Below, piece by piece: positions 30,928-40,759 of a stretch of DNA of 64,000 nt. The translations under genes were made by a program, and so were the position numbers. The stretch covers positions 34,559-98,558 of the forward strand of contig CAMBFD010000001.1 of assembly GCA_945865625.1 (NCBI GenBank), in the 5' to 3' direction. Every line of letters begins with the position of its first letter. Position 1 is the first letter of the stretch. The notes under the pieces were generated by a model. That model had not been told where the DNA came from. It ran no database searches and was given only the letters and a program-made list of their open reading frames with translations. Source of the DNA: Chitinophaga pinensis (GTDB lineage Bacteria; Bacteroidota; Bacteroidia; NS11-12g; UBA955).

Positions 30928-31868
30928 TGTTAAAAGAATCACTCTACTACGCCAAAATTTTACTATTTGGTGAATATGGAATTATCGAAGACTCAATGGG
31001 CCTAAGTATTCCATATACCTTTTTCAAAGGAAAGTTTGAGTTTGCAACAGAACCTACAGCTGTTCAATCTGATTCAAATCAAAGCATTGCCAAATTTGTT
31101 GGTCATTTGCAGGAAATGGCACTCAAAAATGAACTTCCTTGTAAGTTTAACTTTGTTAAATTAAATCAAGACATTCAAAATGGATTGTATTTCGATAGCA
31201 GTATTCCTCAAGGATTTGGGGTTGGGAGCTCTGGTGCTCTTGTTGCAGCGTTATACAATCAATATTCTACTGATCAAGTTGCTGCCGATGAAGTCATGAA
31301 AGGCGATAATTTGGCCAATTTAAAATTCATTCTTGCGAGTTTAGAATCATATTTTCACGGAAAAAGTTCTGGCTTAGATCCGCTTATTTGCTATTTGAAT
31401 TTGCCAATTCTAATCAAAGGGAAAGGCGATTTAGGTGCAGTTGGAATGCCGTCTGAAAATGTTTCAGGTAAAGGAGCTATCTTTTTAATGGATTCTGGAA
31501 GTCCCGGAAAAACGCAAGGTATGGTGGCCATATTCTTGCAGAAATTAAAAGATGAAGGGTTCAGAAATTTAGTAAGAACTCAATTAAAAAAATACAATGA
31601 TGGGGCCGTTAAATCTTTCTTGAAAGGCGAAAACAAACCATTATTTGAAAATGTAAAAGCAATTTCTTCTTTGTTTTTAGATAACTTTAAACCTATGATT
31701 CCTCAAAAATTTGAAGGTGTTTGGCGCAAAGGGTTAGAAACCAATGCCTATTATTTGAAACTTTGCGGAAGTGGTGGTGGTGGCTTTGTGTTAGGCTTTA
31801 CTCAAGACTTTGAAAAAGCAGAAAAAATGCTCGAAAGTCACAAATTACAGGTTATCTATAAGATTTAA
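30927..31868 (+). CDS. Mevalonate kinase (GHMP family)
   Basis: 313 aa. N-terminus AKILLFGEYGII. ATP motif PQGFGVGSSGALVAAL. Confidence 0.65.
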   Translation: MLKESLYYAKILLFGEYGIIEDSMGLSIPYTFFKGKFEFATEPTAVQSDSNQSIAKFVGHLQEMALKNELPCKFNFVKLNQDIQNGLYFDSSIPQGFGVGSSGALVAALYNQYSTDQVAADEVMKGDNLANLKFILASLESYFHGKSSGLDPLICYLNLPILIKGKGDLGAVGMPSENVSGKGAIFLMDSGSPGKTQGMVAIFLQKLKDEGFRNLVRTQLKKYNDGAVKSFLKGENKPLFENVKAISSLFLDNFKPMIPQKFEGVWRKGLETNAYYLKLCGSGGGGFVLGFTQDFEKAEKMLESHKLQVIYKI

Positions 31869-31869
31869 T

Positions 31870-32781
31870 ATGCCCTTATCTGGCAATCAAAAAATAATCA
31901 AATTTCTTTATTTTTTAAGTATCATTCGATGGTACAACGTTCTTCTCATGGTTTTGGGACAATATTTCTTGGCACTTTTTGTTTTTGCCCCTGATTATTC
32001 TTTCCATCAAATTGTTTTTGATAAAAAATTGCATCTCATGGTTTTATCAACCATTTTTACCCTCGCAGGAGCTTTTGTGATCAATGCATTTTATGACGCA
32101 GATAAAGATTTGGTCAACAGACCAAAATCTGCGCTTGTAGGTCGGGCAATTGGGTCAACCTTTTTGGCGAACTCCTATATTGTATTTAATTTCTTAGCGT
32201 TGTTTTTTGCATTTTTTGCAACTAAAAAAATTCTTATTTTCTACTTTTTATACATCGTAATTTGTTGGTTCTATTCTCATAAATTGCAAAAGAAACCCAT
32301 TATTAGGGAACTATCTGCCAGTCTATTAACGATGGCGCCGCTCATTGCAATTTGGATTCATTATGGCGTTTGGGATTGGAAATTGATGTATTTCTTTTGC
32401 ACTTTTTTGACCCTATTATTTACCAAAGATGTGGTGAAAGATTTAGCAGGTCATAAAGGGAATTTGATTTTTGGCTATAATACCGTTGTTGTGGCTGCTG
32501 GTAAATCGAAGGTTAAAATAGGCTTGGTTTTATTTAATATGGCTATTTTCTTGATCTTTGTTGGAATCTATTTGATACAAAAAGAGCATTTTTATAATAA
32601 TATTGATTTAATCATAGGCTCTTCTTTCACTTTAATAGCTACAATTTTGATTACGGCAATTGGTTTATCATCATGGAAGAATAAATATAAACGGATGGAT
32701 TTTATGCTTAAGTTTTTAATCACTTACCAATTGACTTTGCCTTTATTTACTTTCATCTTGAAATTTATTGCAAAGAGTTAG
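31870..32781 (+). CDS. UbiA-family aromatic/isoprenoid prenyltransferase (integral membrane)
   Basis: Start trimmed to the ATG at 31870 (MPLSGNQ...), 2 nt after the MVK stop. ~8-9 TM helices. Asp-rich NAFYDADKD motif (NDxxDxxxD-like). Confidence 0.7.
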   Translation: MPLSGNQKIIKFLYFLSIIRWYNVLLMVLGQYFLALFVFAPDYSFHQIVFDKKLHLMVLSTIFTLAGAFVINAFYDADKDLVNRPKSALVGRAIGSTFLANSYIVFNFLALFFAFFATKKILIFYFLYIVICWFYSHKLQKKPIIRELSASLLTMAPLIAIWIHYGVWDWKLMYFFCTFLTLLFTKDVVKDLAGHKGNLIFGYNTVVVAAGKSKVKIGLVLFNMAIFLIFVGIYLIQKEHFYNNIDLIIGSSFTLIATILITAIGLSSWKNKYKRMDFMLKFLITYQLTLPLFTFILKFIAKS

Positions 32782-32849
32782 TCTAATAACTTCTCCACTT
32801 TTTTAAATTGCGTATTCCCTTTTTAAATCCTTTGATGTAAATTCGAAGG

Positions 32850-33260
32850 ATGAGATTCTTTAAATTTGGAATTTATTTATTTGTCTTTTTGTTTTGCCAA
32901 ACAGCATCCGCTCAGTCGGTTTCAGATTTAAATGCGAAAATTGCAACACTGGATACCAAAATTATTGTTTTGGAAACCAAAATTGCAATGTTGGAAGAAA
33001 ATAACCGGAATTTGAACCAGCGCATCGATAACATGTTATTCAATCTAAAAAATAACAACTCAAATTCAATCAATAATACGGTTCCTTCTTCGAGTAATAT
33101 AAACAATAATTCGGCAGTAAGTCAACCCGTTACGCCTTCAGTGAATTCAACAAAACCTTCATCCTCCGGTGGTCGCTGTGGCGCTACAACAAAAAAAGGT
33201 TCTCAATGTTCACGTTCAGCAAAATCAAATGGGTATTGCTGGCAACATGGTGGTTATTAA
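32850..33260 (+). CDS. Signal-peptide coiled-coil protein with Asn/Ser-rich linker and C-terminal basic Cys3His knuckle
   Basis: 136 aa. Predicted signal peptide FLFCQTASAQ. Heptad segment LDTKIIVLETKIAMLEENNRNLNQRIDNM. C-terminus GRCGATTKKGSQCSRSAKSNGYCWQHGGY. Confidence 0.4.
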   Translation: MRFFKFGIYLFVFLFCQTASAQSVSDLNAKIATLDTKIIVLETKIAMLEENNRNLNQRIDNMLFNLKNNNSNSINNTVPSSSNINNNSAVSQPVTPSVNSTKPSSSGGRCGATTKKGSQCSRSAKSNGYCWQHGGY

Positions 33261-33272
33261 TTGATTTGACTC

Positions 33273-35732
33273 GTGTCTGTGGATCGCATTACCCTGTTTG
33301 TTAAGGTAATTTTACCAATACCATTGCCTAAATTATATACCTATCGTGTGCCCCACGAGTGGGAAGATTTAATTCGTATTGGATTGAGAGTTGCTGTCCC
33401 ATTCGGTTCTAAAAAGGTCTACTCAGGCATTATTTACGAACTGTCTGAATTGCCGCCTGAAGGTTATCAAGCCAGTTATATTATCGATATTCTCGACGAA
33501 AAACCAATTGTTTCGCCAAATCAAATTTTATTTTGGGAATGGATGTCGGCCTATTATTTGTGCTTCTTGGGGGATGTTTTAGCAACAGCTTTACCTGCAG
33601 GCTTTCGTGTACAATCGCTTACTAAAATTTCATTACATCCCGATTTCGACCCCGATGAACTTGTTGAATTGGATCCTAAAGAAAATGAAATCCTGTCAAT
33701 GCTATTGACCACCAAGTCTATTACAGTTGAACAGGTTCAAGCGTCCCTCAAAATAAAATCAGTTTTAAAATACATTAAATCGATGTATGTAAAAGGGTTG
33801 ATTTCAATGGAAGAGGAGCTGCGCGAAAACTATAAACCTAAATTTATTGAAATTGTTGAATGTTCCGATTTTTGGGACAATGAATACGAAGCAAATTTGG
33901 CTTTAAATACATTGGAGCGACAATCTGAAAAACAATTTCAAGCCATGATGATGGTGCTTGGTTCACCACAACGTAAATCAGATGTTAAAAAAATTACCGC
34001 CTCAAAGGTGGTTACAAAACCAATTTTAAAAGCCCTAGAAAAGAAAGGCTATTTAAAAATTGTAAAACAACGAGAAGATCGTTTTCAAGCCATTCAGGGG
34101 GAAGGTGAAGATGTTGCCTTTACGCCATCTCAAGAAATCGCGGTTGCTGCCATTCAGTTTGCTTTTGAAAATCATAAACATGTATTGCTTCATGGAGTTA
34201 CAGGTTCAGGTAAAACCCATGTGTATTTGCATTTCGCTGCTGAATCCCTCAAAAAGGGAAAACAAGTGTTGTTTTTGGTACCAGAAGTTGCATTAACTGA
34301 ACATTTAGTTTCACGAGTGGCCCAATTAATTTCTGAAGAAATAGGTGTGTGGCATCATTATTATAGTACTTCAGAACGGACTGAACTCTATGAAAAAGTT
34401 CGTTTGAGGGAAATCAATTTTATCATAGGAACCAGAAATGCCCTATTCGCACCATTTGCCGAACTCGATTTAATAATCATTGATGAGGAACATGAAAGTA
34501 GCTATAAGCAATTTGAAAAACGACCTATGTTTCATGCCCGTGATGCTTCTTTTCAATTGGCAAAAATTTCTGGGGCTAAACTTTTAATGGGCTCAGCCAC
34601 TCCAAGTTATGAAATGTTGCAATTGTCAAACGACAATACAATTGAAAGGGTAAATCTTTTTGAACGGTTCGAACAACAACAGTTTGCAGAATTGATGATG
34701 CTTAATTTGAGTGAGTTAAAAAAGCAAAATCGAATGCAAGGTTTCTTTTCGGATCATGCAATTGAAGAAATTAAGTTAAAAGTAAAGAACCGCGATAAAA
34801 TAATTGTTTATCACAATCGTAAAGGGTACGCACCTTTTATTCAATGTTCTTTGTGTGGACACACCACTCAGTGTATTCAATGTGATATTGCACTTACTTT
34901 CTACAAAAGTTCGAACCAACAACGTTGCAATTATTGTGGGTATCAGCAAAATATTCCTAAATCTTGTTTGGCTTGCGGTGGAAATGAACTTCTGCTGAAA
35001 GGTGTTGGAACTGAAAAGATTGTTGAAGAGCTGAACATTGTATTTCCCGAATTAAGAATTGCAAGGTTTGACCAACAAAGCATTAAAAAACGTTCTGATT
35101 TTCAAAAAATACTCAATGCGTTTGACGCTGGGGAAATTGATATTTTAGTAGGAACACAATTGCTTGCAAAAGGCATTGATTTTGAAGATGTTGCATTGAT
35201 AGTAGTGCCCGATGCCGATGTTATGTTGAATATACCTGATTTTAGGTCGCATGAGCGTGCATTTCAGCAATTGTATCAGCTTTCTGGCAGAGCAGGAAGA
35301 GGCAAAAATCGTGGTTTGGTGATGGTCCAAAGTTATCAACCTTCCCATCTTGTATTGGAAGCGGTAAAAACAGAGAGCTATTTAGAATTGGCTGAAAGTG
35401 AACTCGCAGAAAGAAAAACATTTGGTTATCCTCCGTTTACCAGATTGGTTGAAATTTCTTTGAAACACAAAGACCAGCAAACTGTATTTTCTGCCGCTGC
35501 TTATTTTAACAACATCATTCGTACGAGATTGTCAGATAGATTGTTGGGGCCATTAACTCCTTCCGTTGCCAAAGTTAAAAATATGTACATCCAGCATTTT
35601 TTGTTAAAAATGGATCGCCAAAAAGACAATATCCCTAAAATAAAAGAATATCTTCTTTGGGCACAAAATCAACTTCAAACAGCTGAGGGATTTTCAGGCG
35701 TTCGCATTGATTTTGATGTAGACCCGAATTAA
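33273..35732 (+). CDS. priA: Primosomal protein N' (replication restart helicase PriA)
   Basis: 819 aa. Walker A HGVTGSGKT, DEEH box and zinc-binding Cys cluster CSLCGH...CIQCD...CNYCG...CLACG. Confidence 0.9.
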   Translation: MSVDRITLFVKVILPIPLPKLYTYRVPHEWEDLIRIGLRVAVPFGSKKVYSGIIYELSELPPEGYQASYIIDILDEKPIVSPNQILFWEWMSAYYLCFLGDVLATALPAGFRVQSLTKISLHPDFDPDELVELDPKENEILSMLLTTKSITVEQVQASLKIKSVLKYIKSMYVKGLISMEEELRENYKPKFIEIVECSDFWDNEYEANLALNTLERQSEKQFQAMMMVLGSPQRKSDVKKITASKVVTKPILKALEKKGYLKIVKQREDRFQAIQGEGEDVAFTPSQEIAVAAIQFAFENHKHVLLHGVTGSGKTHVYLHFAAESLKKGKQVLFLVPEVALTEHLVSRVAQLISEEIGVWHHYYSTSERTELYEKVRLREINFIIGTRNALFAPFAELDLIIIDEEHESSYKQFEKRPMFHARDASFQLAKISGAKLLMGSATPSYEMLQLSNDNTIERVNLFERFEQQQFAELMMLNLSELKKQNRMQGFFSDHAIEEIKLKVKNRDKIIVYHNRKGYAPFIQCSLCGHTTQCIQCDIALTFYKSSNQQRCNYCGYQQNIPKSCLACGGNELLLKGVGTEKIVEELNIVFPELRIARFDQQSIKKRSDFQKILNAFDAGEIDILVGTQLLAKGIDFEDVALIVVPDADVMLNIPDFRSHERAFQQLYQLSGRAGRGKNRGLVMVQSYQPSHLVLEAVKTESYLELAESELAERKTFGYPPFTRLVEISLKHKDQQTVFSAAAYFNNIIRTRLSDRLLGPLTPSVAKVKNMYIQHFLLKMDRQKDNIPKIKEYLLWAQNQLQTAEGFSGVRIDFDVDPN

Positions 35733-35812
35733 TTCCTTTAAATTGGGTTGCATGACTTTGGTTTTTACCTTGTCTATTTTTTAAGTTCCTTTTTTTGGAT
35801 TAAATTTGAATC

Positions 35813-36937
35813 ATGGAATTGGAAACTTTAGAATCTACCACCACTATAACAGATTTTTTACCATTAAATGGTACCGATCATATCGAATTTTACGTAGGGA
35901 ATGCAAAACAAAGTGCTTATTACTATCAAACTGCTTGGGGATACAAATTTGTAGCTTACAGCGGTCCTGAAACAGGGGTTCGCGATAAAGCAAGTTATGT
36001 TTTAGAACAAGGTAAAATTCGTTTGGTTTTAACCACCGCAATTGATTCAAATTCTGACATTGCAGACCACCATAAAAAACATGGTGATGGTGTTAAATTT
36101 CTTAGTTTATGGGTTGATGATGCTACAAAAAGTTTCGAAGAAACAGTAAAACGTGGTGCAAAACCTTACATGGAGCCAACGCGTTTCGAAGACGAGCATG
36201 GGTTTGTAATCATTTCTGCAATTCACACTTACGGTGATACCATTCATAAATTTGTTGAAAGATCGAACTATAATGGATTGTTTTTACCAGGATTTATCAA
36301 GCCTGCTTTTGCCATGGATGTAACTCCAGTTGGTTTGAAATATGTTGACCATTGTGTTGGAAACGTTGAATTAGGCCAAATGAACGAGTGGGTTAAATTC
36401 TATGAAGATGTAATGGGCTTTAAATTGTTGTTGACTTTTGACGATAAAGACATTAGCACTGAGTATAGCGCACTCATGAGTAAAGTCGTGAGCAATGGCA
36501 ATGGCTATGTAAAATTCCCAATTAACGAGCCTGCTGCTGGTAAAAAGAAATCTCAAATTGAAGAATATATTGAATTTTACCATGGTGCAGGTGTTCAGCA
36601 CATTGCCGTTGAAGTTCATGATATCCTTGAAACCGTTGCAGAATTGCGTCGCAGAGGTATAGAGTTTTTATATGTGCCAGATGAATATTATGAAGATGTG
36701 ATAGATCGTGTTGGACATATTAATGAAGACATGCAAGCTTTGAAAAAGTTGAATATTTTAATAGACCGCGACGAAGAAGGTTATTTGTTGCAAATTTTTA
36801 CCAAGCCAGTTGAAGATAGACCAACTGTATTCTATGAAATCATTCAACGTCATGGTGCTAAGAGTTTTGGCAAAGGGAATTTCAAAGCGTTGTTCGAATC
36901 AATTGAAAGAGAACAAGCAAAAAGAGGAAATTTGTAA
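35813..36937 (+). CDS. hppD: 4-hydroxyphenylpyruvate dioxygenase
   Basis: 374 aa. Two VOC-fold halves. Conserved HIAVEV and YYE...GFGKGNFKALFESIE C-terminal region. Confidence 0.9.
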   Translation: MELETLESTTTITDFLPLNGTDHIEFYVGNAKQSAYYYQTAWGYKFVAYSGPETGVRDKASYVLEQGKIRLVLTTAIDSNSDIADHHKKHGDGVKFLSLWVDDATKSFEETVKRGAKPYMEPTRFEDEHGFVIISAIHTYGDTIHKFVERSNYNGLFLPGFIKPAFAMDVTPVGLKYVDHCVGNVELGQMNEWVKFYEDVMGFKLLLTFDDKDISTEYSALMSKVVSNGNGYVKFPINEPAAGKKKSQIEEYIEFYHGAGVQHIAVEVHDILETVAELRRRGIEFLYVPDEYYEDVIDRVGHINEDMQALKKLNILIDRDEEGYLLQIFTKPVEDRPTVFYEIIQRHGAKSFGKGNFKALFESIEREQAKRGNL

Positions 36938-38074
36938 TTAAATAATTCTACTTTGGATGAATAAAATACCCATTGGGTAAGAAAGTAAAACAAAGAGTAG
37001 AATCACCAAAACACTCAATTTCCAATTCACTTTTTGTGATAAATAAATCCAAATAGGTGCCAATACAATTGAATTTCTAAAAATTGCAGTGATGGCACTG
37101 GTACTGTAAGGTACCGCTAAAAATAGAAACGTAAACATCAAATAGAAGATCCAATTGGGTCTTCTATTTTTCTTGATGGACATATACACGCAACTCGAAA
37201 GAACCAGAATCCATAAAAAGAAGTTCTGAATTTCATTCCACATATCCATTGTGCCCCAATGCTGGAGCAAGTCTTTGTAACGAGTAGCCATGTGTTTCCA
37301 TGGCATGTTAAAGTTATGTCCGTATTTAAATTGAATGAGGAAAAGAGCATTCCAATGGCCTGTGGTTATATAATCATAAACAAACCAAGTTAAAATGCCT
37401 GCAATCGATGCCAAAAACAAGAACAACTTTCTATAATTGATTTTCCGCTTTTCAATGTAGAAAAAGTCGTGCAGAAACCATATTCCGATACAAAGTATGA
37501 GAATAAATCCTATACTGTATGTGAGCACAGCGAAATATGCAATTAATCCAGCCAAAATAAATTGCGATTTATCCAAAAAATAAAATAAAAGGATCAATAA
37601 GAAAACGAGCATCGACATCGGAAAAATGGCATGTAAGTATATGTTTCCAGATGCAAAAATATATGCCAGATTTGCCAATAGATATTGGTGCCACTTTAAA
37701 TTTGGCAACCAAAGTCCGATCATGAAAATCGATGCAAAAACAAAGAAATGACTGAGATAAATGCCAATCATTGCCATTTCAATGCCAGGAAAGATAAAAT
37801 GCAGAAATCTCATTAAAAAAGGGTAGACTGGAGCCCAACCGGCATTGCCACACCAACTTTCTGGGTAATCTGGACAATGGAATAAATTATGTCCGTTTTG
37901 AGCCACATCTAGGTAAAGAGCACTATCCCAACGACTCCAACATTCTGAGGTGAAACCACCCCAACAATTGCCAGCTTCTGAAATGTATTTTCCAAATAAA
38001 ATAAAAATGGCAAAGGATAGAAGTCCAATGCCAATTTTAATCAAAATAGTTTTATTTATTTGTATTGTGCCCAT
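36938..38074 (-). CDS. Polytopic integral membrane protein (GT-C / mannosyltransferase-like, hypothetical)
   Basis: 378 aa with >=9 predicted TM helices. Overlaps the 3' end of the M3 peptidase gene by 19 nt. Confidence 0.4.
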   Translation of the reverse strand: MGTIQINKTILIKIGIGLLSFAIFILFGKYISEAGNCWGGFTSECWSRWDSALYLDVAQNGHNLFHCPDYPESWCGNAGWAPVYPFLMRFLHFIFPGIEMAMIGIYLSHFFVFASIFMIGLWLPNLKWHQYLLANLAYIFASGNIYLHAIFPMSMLVFLLILLFYFLDKSQFILAGLIAYFAVLTYSIGFILILCIGIWFLHDFFYIEKRKINYRKLFLFLASIAGILTWFVYDYITTGHWNALFLIQFKYGHNFNMPWKHMATRYKDLLQHWGTMDMWNEIQNFFLWILVLSSCVYMSIKKNRRPNWIFYLMFTFLFLAVPYSTSAITAIFRNSIVLAPIWIYLSQKVNWKLSVLVILLFVLLSYPMGILFIQSRII

Positions 38075-39750
38075 TTTTCGTGCACGAATTCCATTAATTG
38101 TTTGATATAATCAGATGAAAATTCAAATTTCACACCTGCATTTTCATAAATATTTGGAATTGATTGGGTATAACCCAGTTTTAAGAATGATTTATAACTT
38201 TCCAAGGCCTTAATTTTATCTTGGTTGTAATTTTTCCAAATTCCAATTGCTCCTAACTGAGCAAAGCCGTATTCAATGTAATAAAATGGCACTTCGAAAA
38301 TATGCAACTGCTTATGCCAAGCAAAGGCTTTCGCATCTTCGAATCCTGTATAATCAACCAATCCACTTGAAAAACGAGCCTGTTGAAATATCCAAGCAGC
38401 TTTTCTTTCTTCTTGTGTATGGTTTGGGTTTTCGTAAATCCAATGCTGAAAGGCGTCAACAGTTGCAATCCAAGGCAATGTGCCAAGAATTCCTTCAAGT
38501 TGTTCGCATTTCGCACGGTTTAACAAAGTGTCATCGTTAAAATAGTTTTTCCAACCGTCCATGCTCAACAATTCCATACTCATAGAGGCCAATTCAGCCA
38601 CTTCACTTGGAGTGTTTTTGAAAGCATTTAACTTCAAAGGAGCCATCTGGAAACTATGAATTGCATGACCTGCTTCGTGAACCAAGGTTTCTACATCCCT
38701 CAAATTCCCTGTAGCATTCATGAAAATAAACGGCATGTTGGTTTTTGCCAATGGATAATTATACCCGCCTGGCGCTTTTCCAACCCTGCTATCTAAATCT
38801 AACAACGATTTTTCTTTCATTGTTGTAAGGCAATTTCCGAAGAATGAATCAAGTTGATTTAATGCAGCAATCCCTTTGTCCAGCAATTCAACCCCATTTG
38901 TGAATGGTTTTAAAGGCTCTCTATTTAATGGATCAACCGCAGTGTCCCATGGTTTCAATTTGTCGATTTTCATTAATTCCAAACGACGAATTTGAATTTC
39001 TTTCAGTAATGGCACTACATGGTGTTCAACTGATTCGTGGAATTTCTTACAATCATCTACGGAATAGTCGAAACGGCCCATCGCCGCAAACATATAATCT
39101 CTGTAGTTGTTGAATCCAGCATTTACAGCAACTTGATGTCGTTTGGCAACCATTTTATCAAACAAATCTTCAAGTTTTTGAGCATCTTGTTGTCGGCGCT
39201 GATTCATTAATTTCCAGGCATTTTCTCTCACTTCTCTATCTGTCTCCATTAAGAAATTCGAAGCTTTTTGCATGGTCATTGTTTCGCCATTCCAATCAAT
39301 TGTCATGGCACCTTGAATGGAAGAATATTCTTGAGCCAATGTGTTTAAATCGGCCTGAAGAGGAATGTTTTCTTCTCTGAAAAGGTCAACTGCGCTTTTG
39401 AGTGCTCTGAAATAGATGTGATATTCAGGAGCAGATTCTAGATCGCTTTTGAACTGACAATCTACAATTTTTTGATTCAGTTTATCTTCAAAAGGAGCAA
39501 TCTTGGGTTGAATTTCTTGCACGAATTGCAAATAAGCTTTTTCAAAATCTTCATTTTGAGTGTCGCAGGTCATATGAATGTAGCGCCAAGCCATGTCTTC
39601 CGACAAAAAGCTTTCAAGCTCACTTACATCGATTAAAAAATTTTCAAATTCGCTGGTCGAATGAATTGTTCTATCGAGAAGTTTTTGAAATAAAATTTCT
39701 ACATCAGCAGGTTGCTGAATTGTAAAATCAGTGGGGATAAATACAGCCAT
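38056..39750 (-). CDS. M3-family oligoendopeptidase (PepF-like)
   Basis: 564 aa. Zinc motif HEAGHAIH (HExxH) with a downstream Glu ligand. Confidence 0.8.
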   Translation of the reverse strand: MAVFIPTDFTIQQPADVEILFQKLLDRTIHSTSEFENFLIDVSELESFLSEDMAWRYIHMTCDTQNEDFEKAYLQFVQEIQPKIAPFEDKLNQKIVDCQFKSDLESAPEYHIYFRALKSAVDLFREENIPLQADLNTLAQEYSSIQGAMTIDWNGETMTMQKASNFLMETDREVRENAWKLMNQRRQQDAQKLEDLFDKMVAKRHQVAVNAGFNNYRDYMFAAMGRFDYSVDDCKKFHESVEHHVVPLLKEIQIRRLELMKIDKLKPWDTAVDPLNREPLKPFTNGVELLDKGIAALNQLDSFFGNCLTTMKEKSLLDLDSRVGKAPGGYNYPLAKTNMPFIFMNATGNLRDVETLVHEAGHAIHSFQMAPLKLNAFKNTPSEVAELASMSMELLSMDGWKNYFNDDTLLNRAKCEQLEGILGTLPWIATVDAFQHWIYENPNHTQEERKAAWIFQQARFSSGLVDYTGFEDAKAFAWHKQLHIFEVPFYYIEYGFAQLGAIGIWKNYNQDKIKALESYKSFLKLGYTQSIPNIYENAGVKFEFSSDYIKQLMEFVHEKWAQYK

Positions 39751-39765
39751 ATTTGGGGGGCTTAA

Positions 39766-40323
39766 TTAGCTACCCATTTTACGTGGTGTAGTGGCTTTCA
39801 CTTTTACACCAGCTGCAGTTTTGGTAGGGGTTTTTGTTTTCGCAGCGACAACTTTTGGTTTGTCGGTGCTTTTTGCTTTTGAAACTTCTTTACCTTCAGT
39901 AGCGTCTTCGGTTTCATCTATTTTGTTTAAAGAATCAAAATCTAAAGAACCTTTTAACATATGATACCAAACGAACAATTTTTTCATGTCGTTAGGATAA
40001 ACCTTTTCTCTATCGTAGTCAGGCAATACTTTTGACATAAATGCCTTAGTTTCGTCGTTATCTGATTTAGATGTAGGGATAGAAGTTCCATCATCTTCAA
40101 GCTTTTTTACTTTCAATAAAACTTCAGCCAATCTTACTTCGCCCTCGTCTGTAAACATTGAAATATCAGCTAAAACACTTACACGTTGGCGTGCGTTGGT
40201 TGCAAATTTTTTATTGTCTGTTAAAGATTCTAAAATTAAGCCAGATTTATTTTGTCCAATCACTTTGTGAAGACCTGGCATTCCAGTTACAGAAACTACA
40301 TCTTTTAATTCCATAGATGGCAA
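39766..40323 (-). CDS. DUF5606-like protein with Lys/Ala/Pro/Thr-rich histone-H1-like C-terminal tail
   Basis: 185 aa. Conserved N-terminal ~120 aa. C-terminus KAKSTDKPKVVAAKTKTPTKTAAGVKVKATTPRK. Confidence 0.5.
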   Translation of the reverse strand: MPSMELKDVVSVTGMPGLHKVIGQNKSGLILESLTDNKKFATNARQRVSVLADISMFTDEGEVRLAEVLLKVKKLEDDGTSIPTSKSDNDETKAFMSKVLPDYDREKVYPNDMKKLFVWYHMLKGSLDFDSLNKIDETEDATEGKEVSKAKSTDKPKVVAAKTKTPTKTAAGVKVKATTPRKMGS

Positions 40324-40417
40324 ATTTCAGTAAATGACCCTAAAATACCAAGTTTTTAAGGGCGATTTGCAGTTTTAATGGAAAATAAATCAATTATTTT
40401 TTGCACAACCGAATAAT

Positions 40418-40759
40418 TCATGAGTATAACAATCGATTCTTAACTTTTTGAAATTCTCTCAAAATAACAGCTTTAGCCATATTTAACGGGGTACTTCCGC
40501 CCATTTTTTGAACGAATTTGTATTGCTTTTCTGTTAAATCTACTCGGTATACAATTTTCATCCACTTTGAATGATTTTGCTGTTGCAACTGCTCAATTGC
40601 CAATTCTAACTCCGGAATAAGCATTTCAATTTTCGGGTATGGTGCATTTTTGAACTCAAAAGATGCCATTCCAAAATCTTTTTCAATTTGGTCAATCACC
40701 TTTTGAATGATTTTTTCTTCAGGTTCTTGAAAGATAAGATTTACCTCTGGATCAATCAT
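40418..40759 (-). CDS. Hypothetical small cytoplasmic protein
   Basis: Start trimmed to the internal MIDPEV... Met, giving a 4-nt overlap with the upstream symporter gene. No recognizable motif. Confidence 0.4.
   Translation of the reverse strand: MIDPEVNLIFQEPEEKIIQKVIDQIEKDFGMASFEFKNAPYPKIEMLIPELELAIEQLQQQNHSKWMKIVYRVDLTEKQYKFVQKMGGSTPLNMAKAVILREFQKVKNRLLYS

Noticed and set aside
31810-31869. N-terminal 20-codon extension of the UbiA-family ORF overlapping the mevalonate kinase gene by 59 nt
   Set aside because: The in-frame ATG at 31870 sits 2 nt after the MVK stop and begins the conserved hydrophobic N-terminus. The extension (MKKQKKCSKVTNYRLSIRFN) is most likely not translated.
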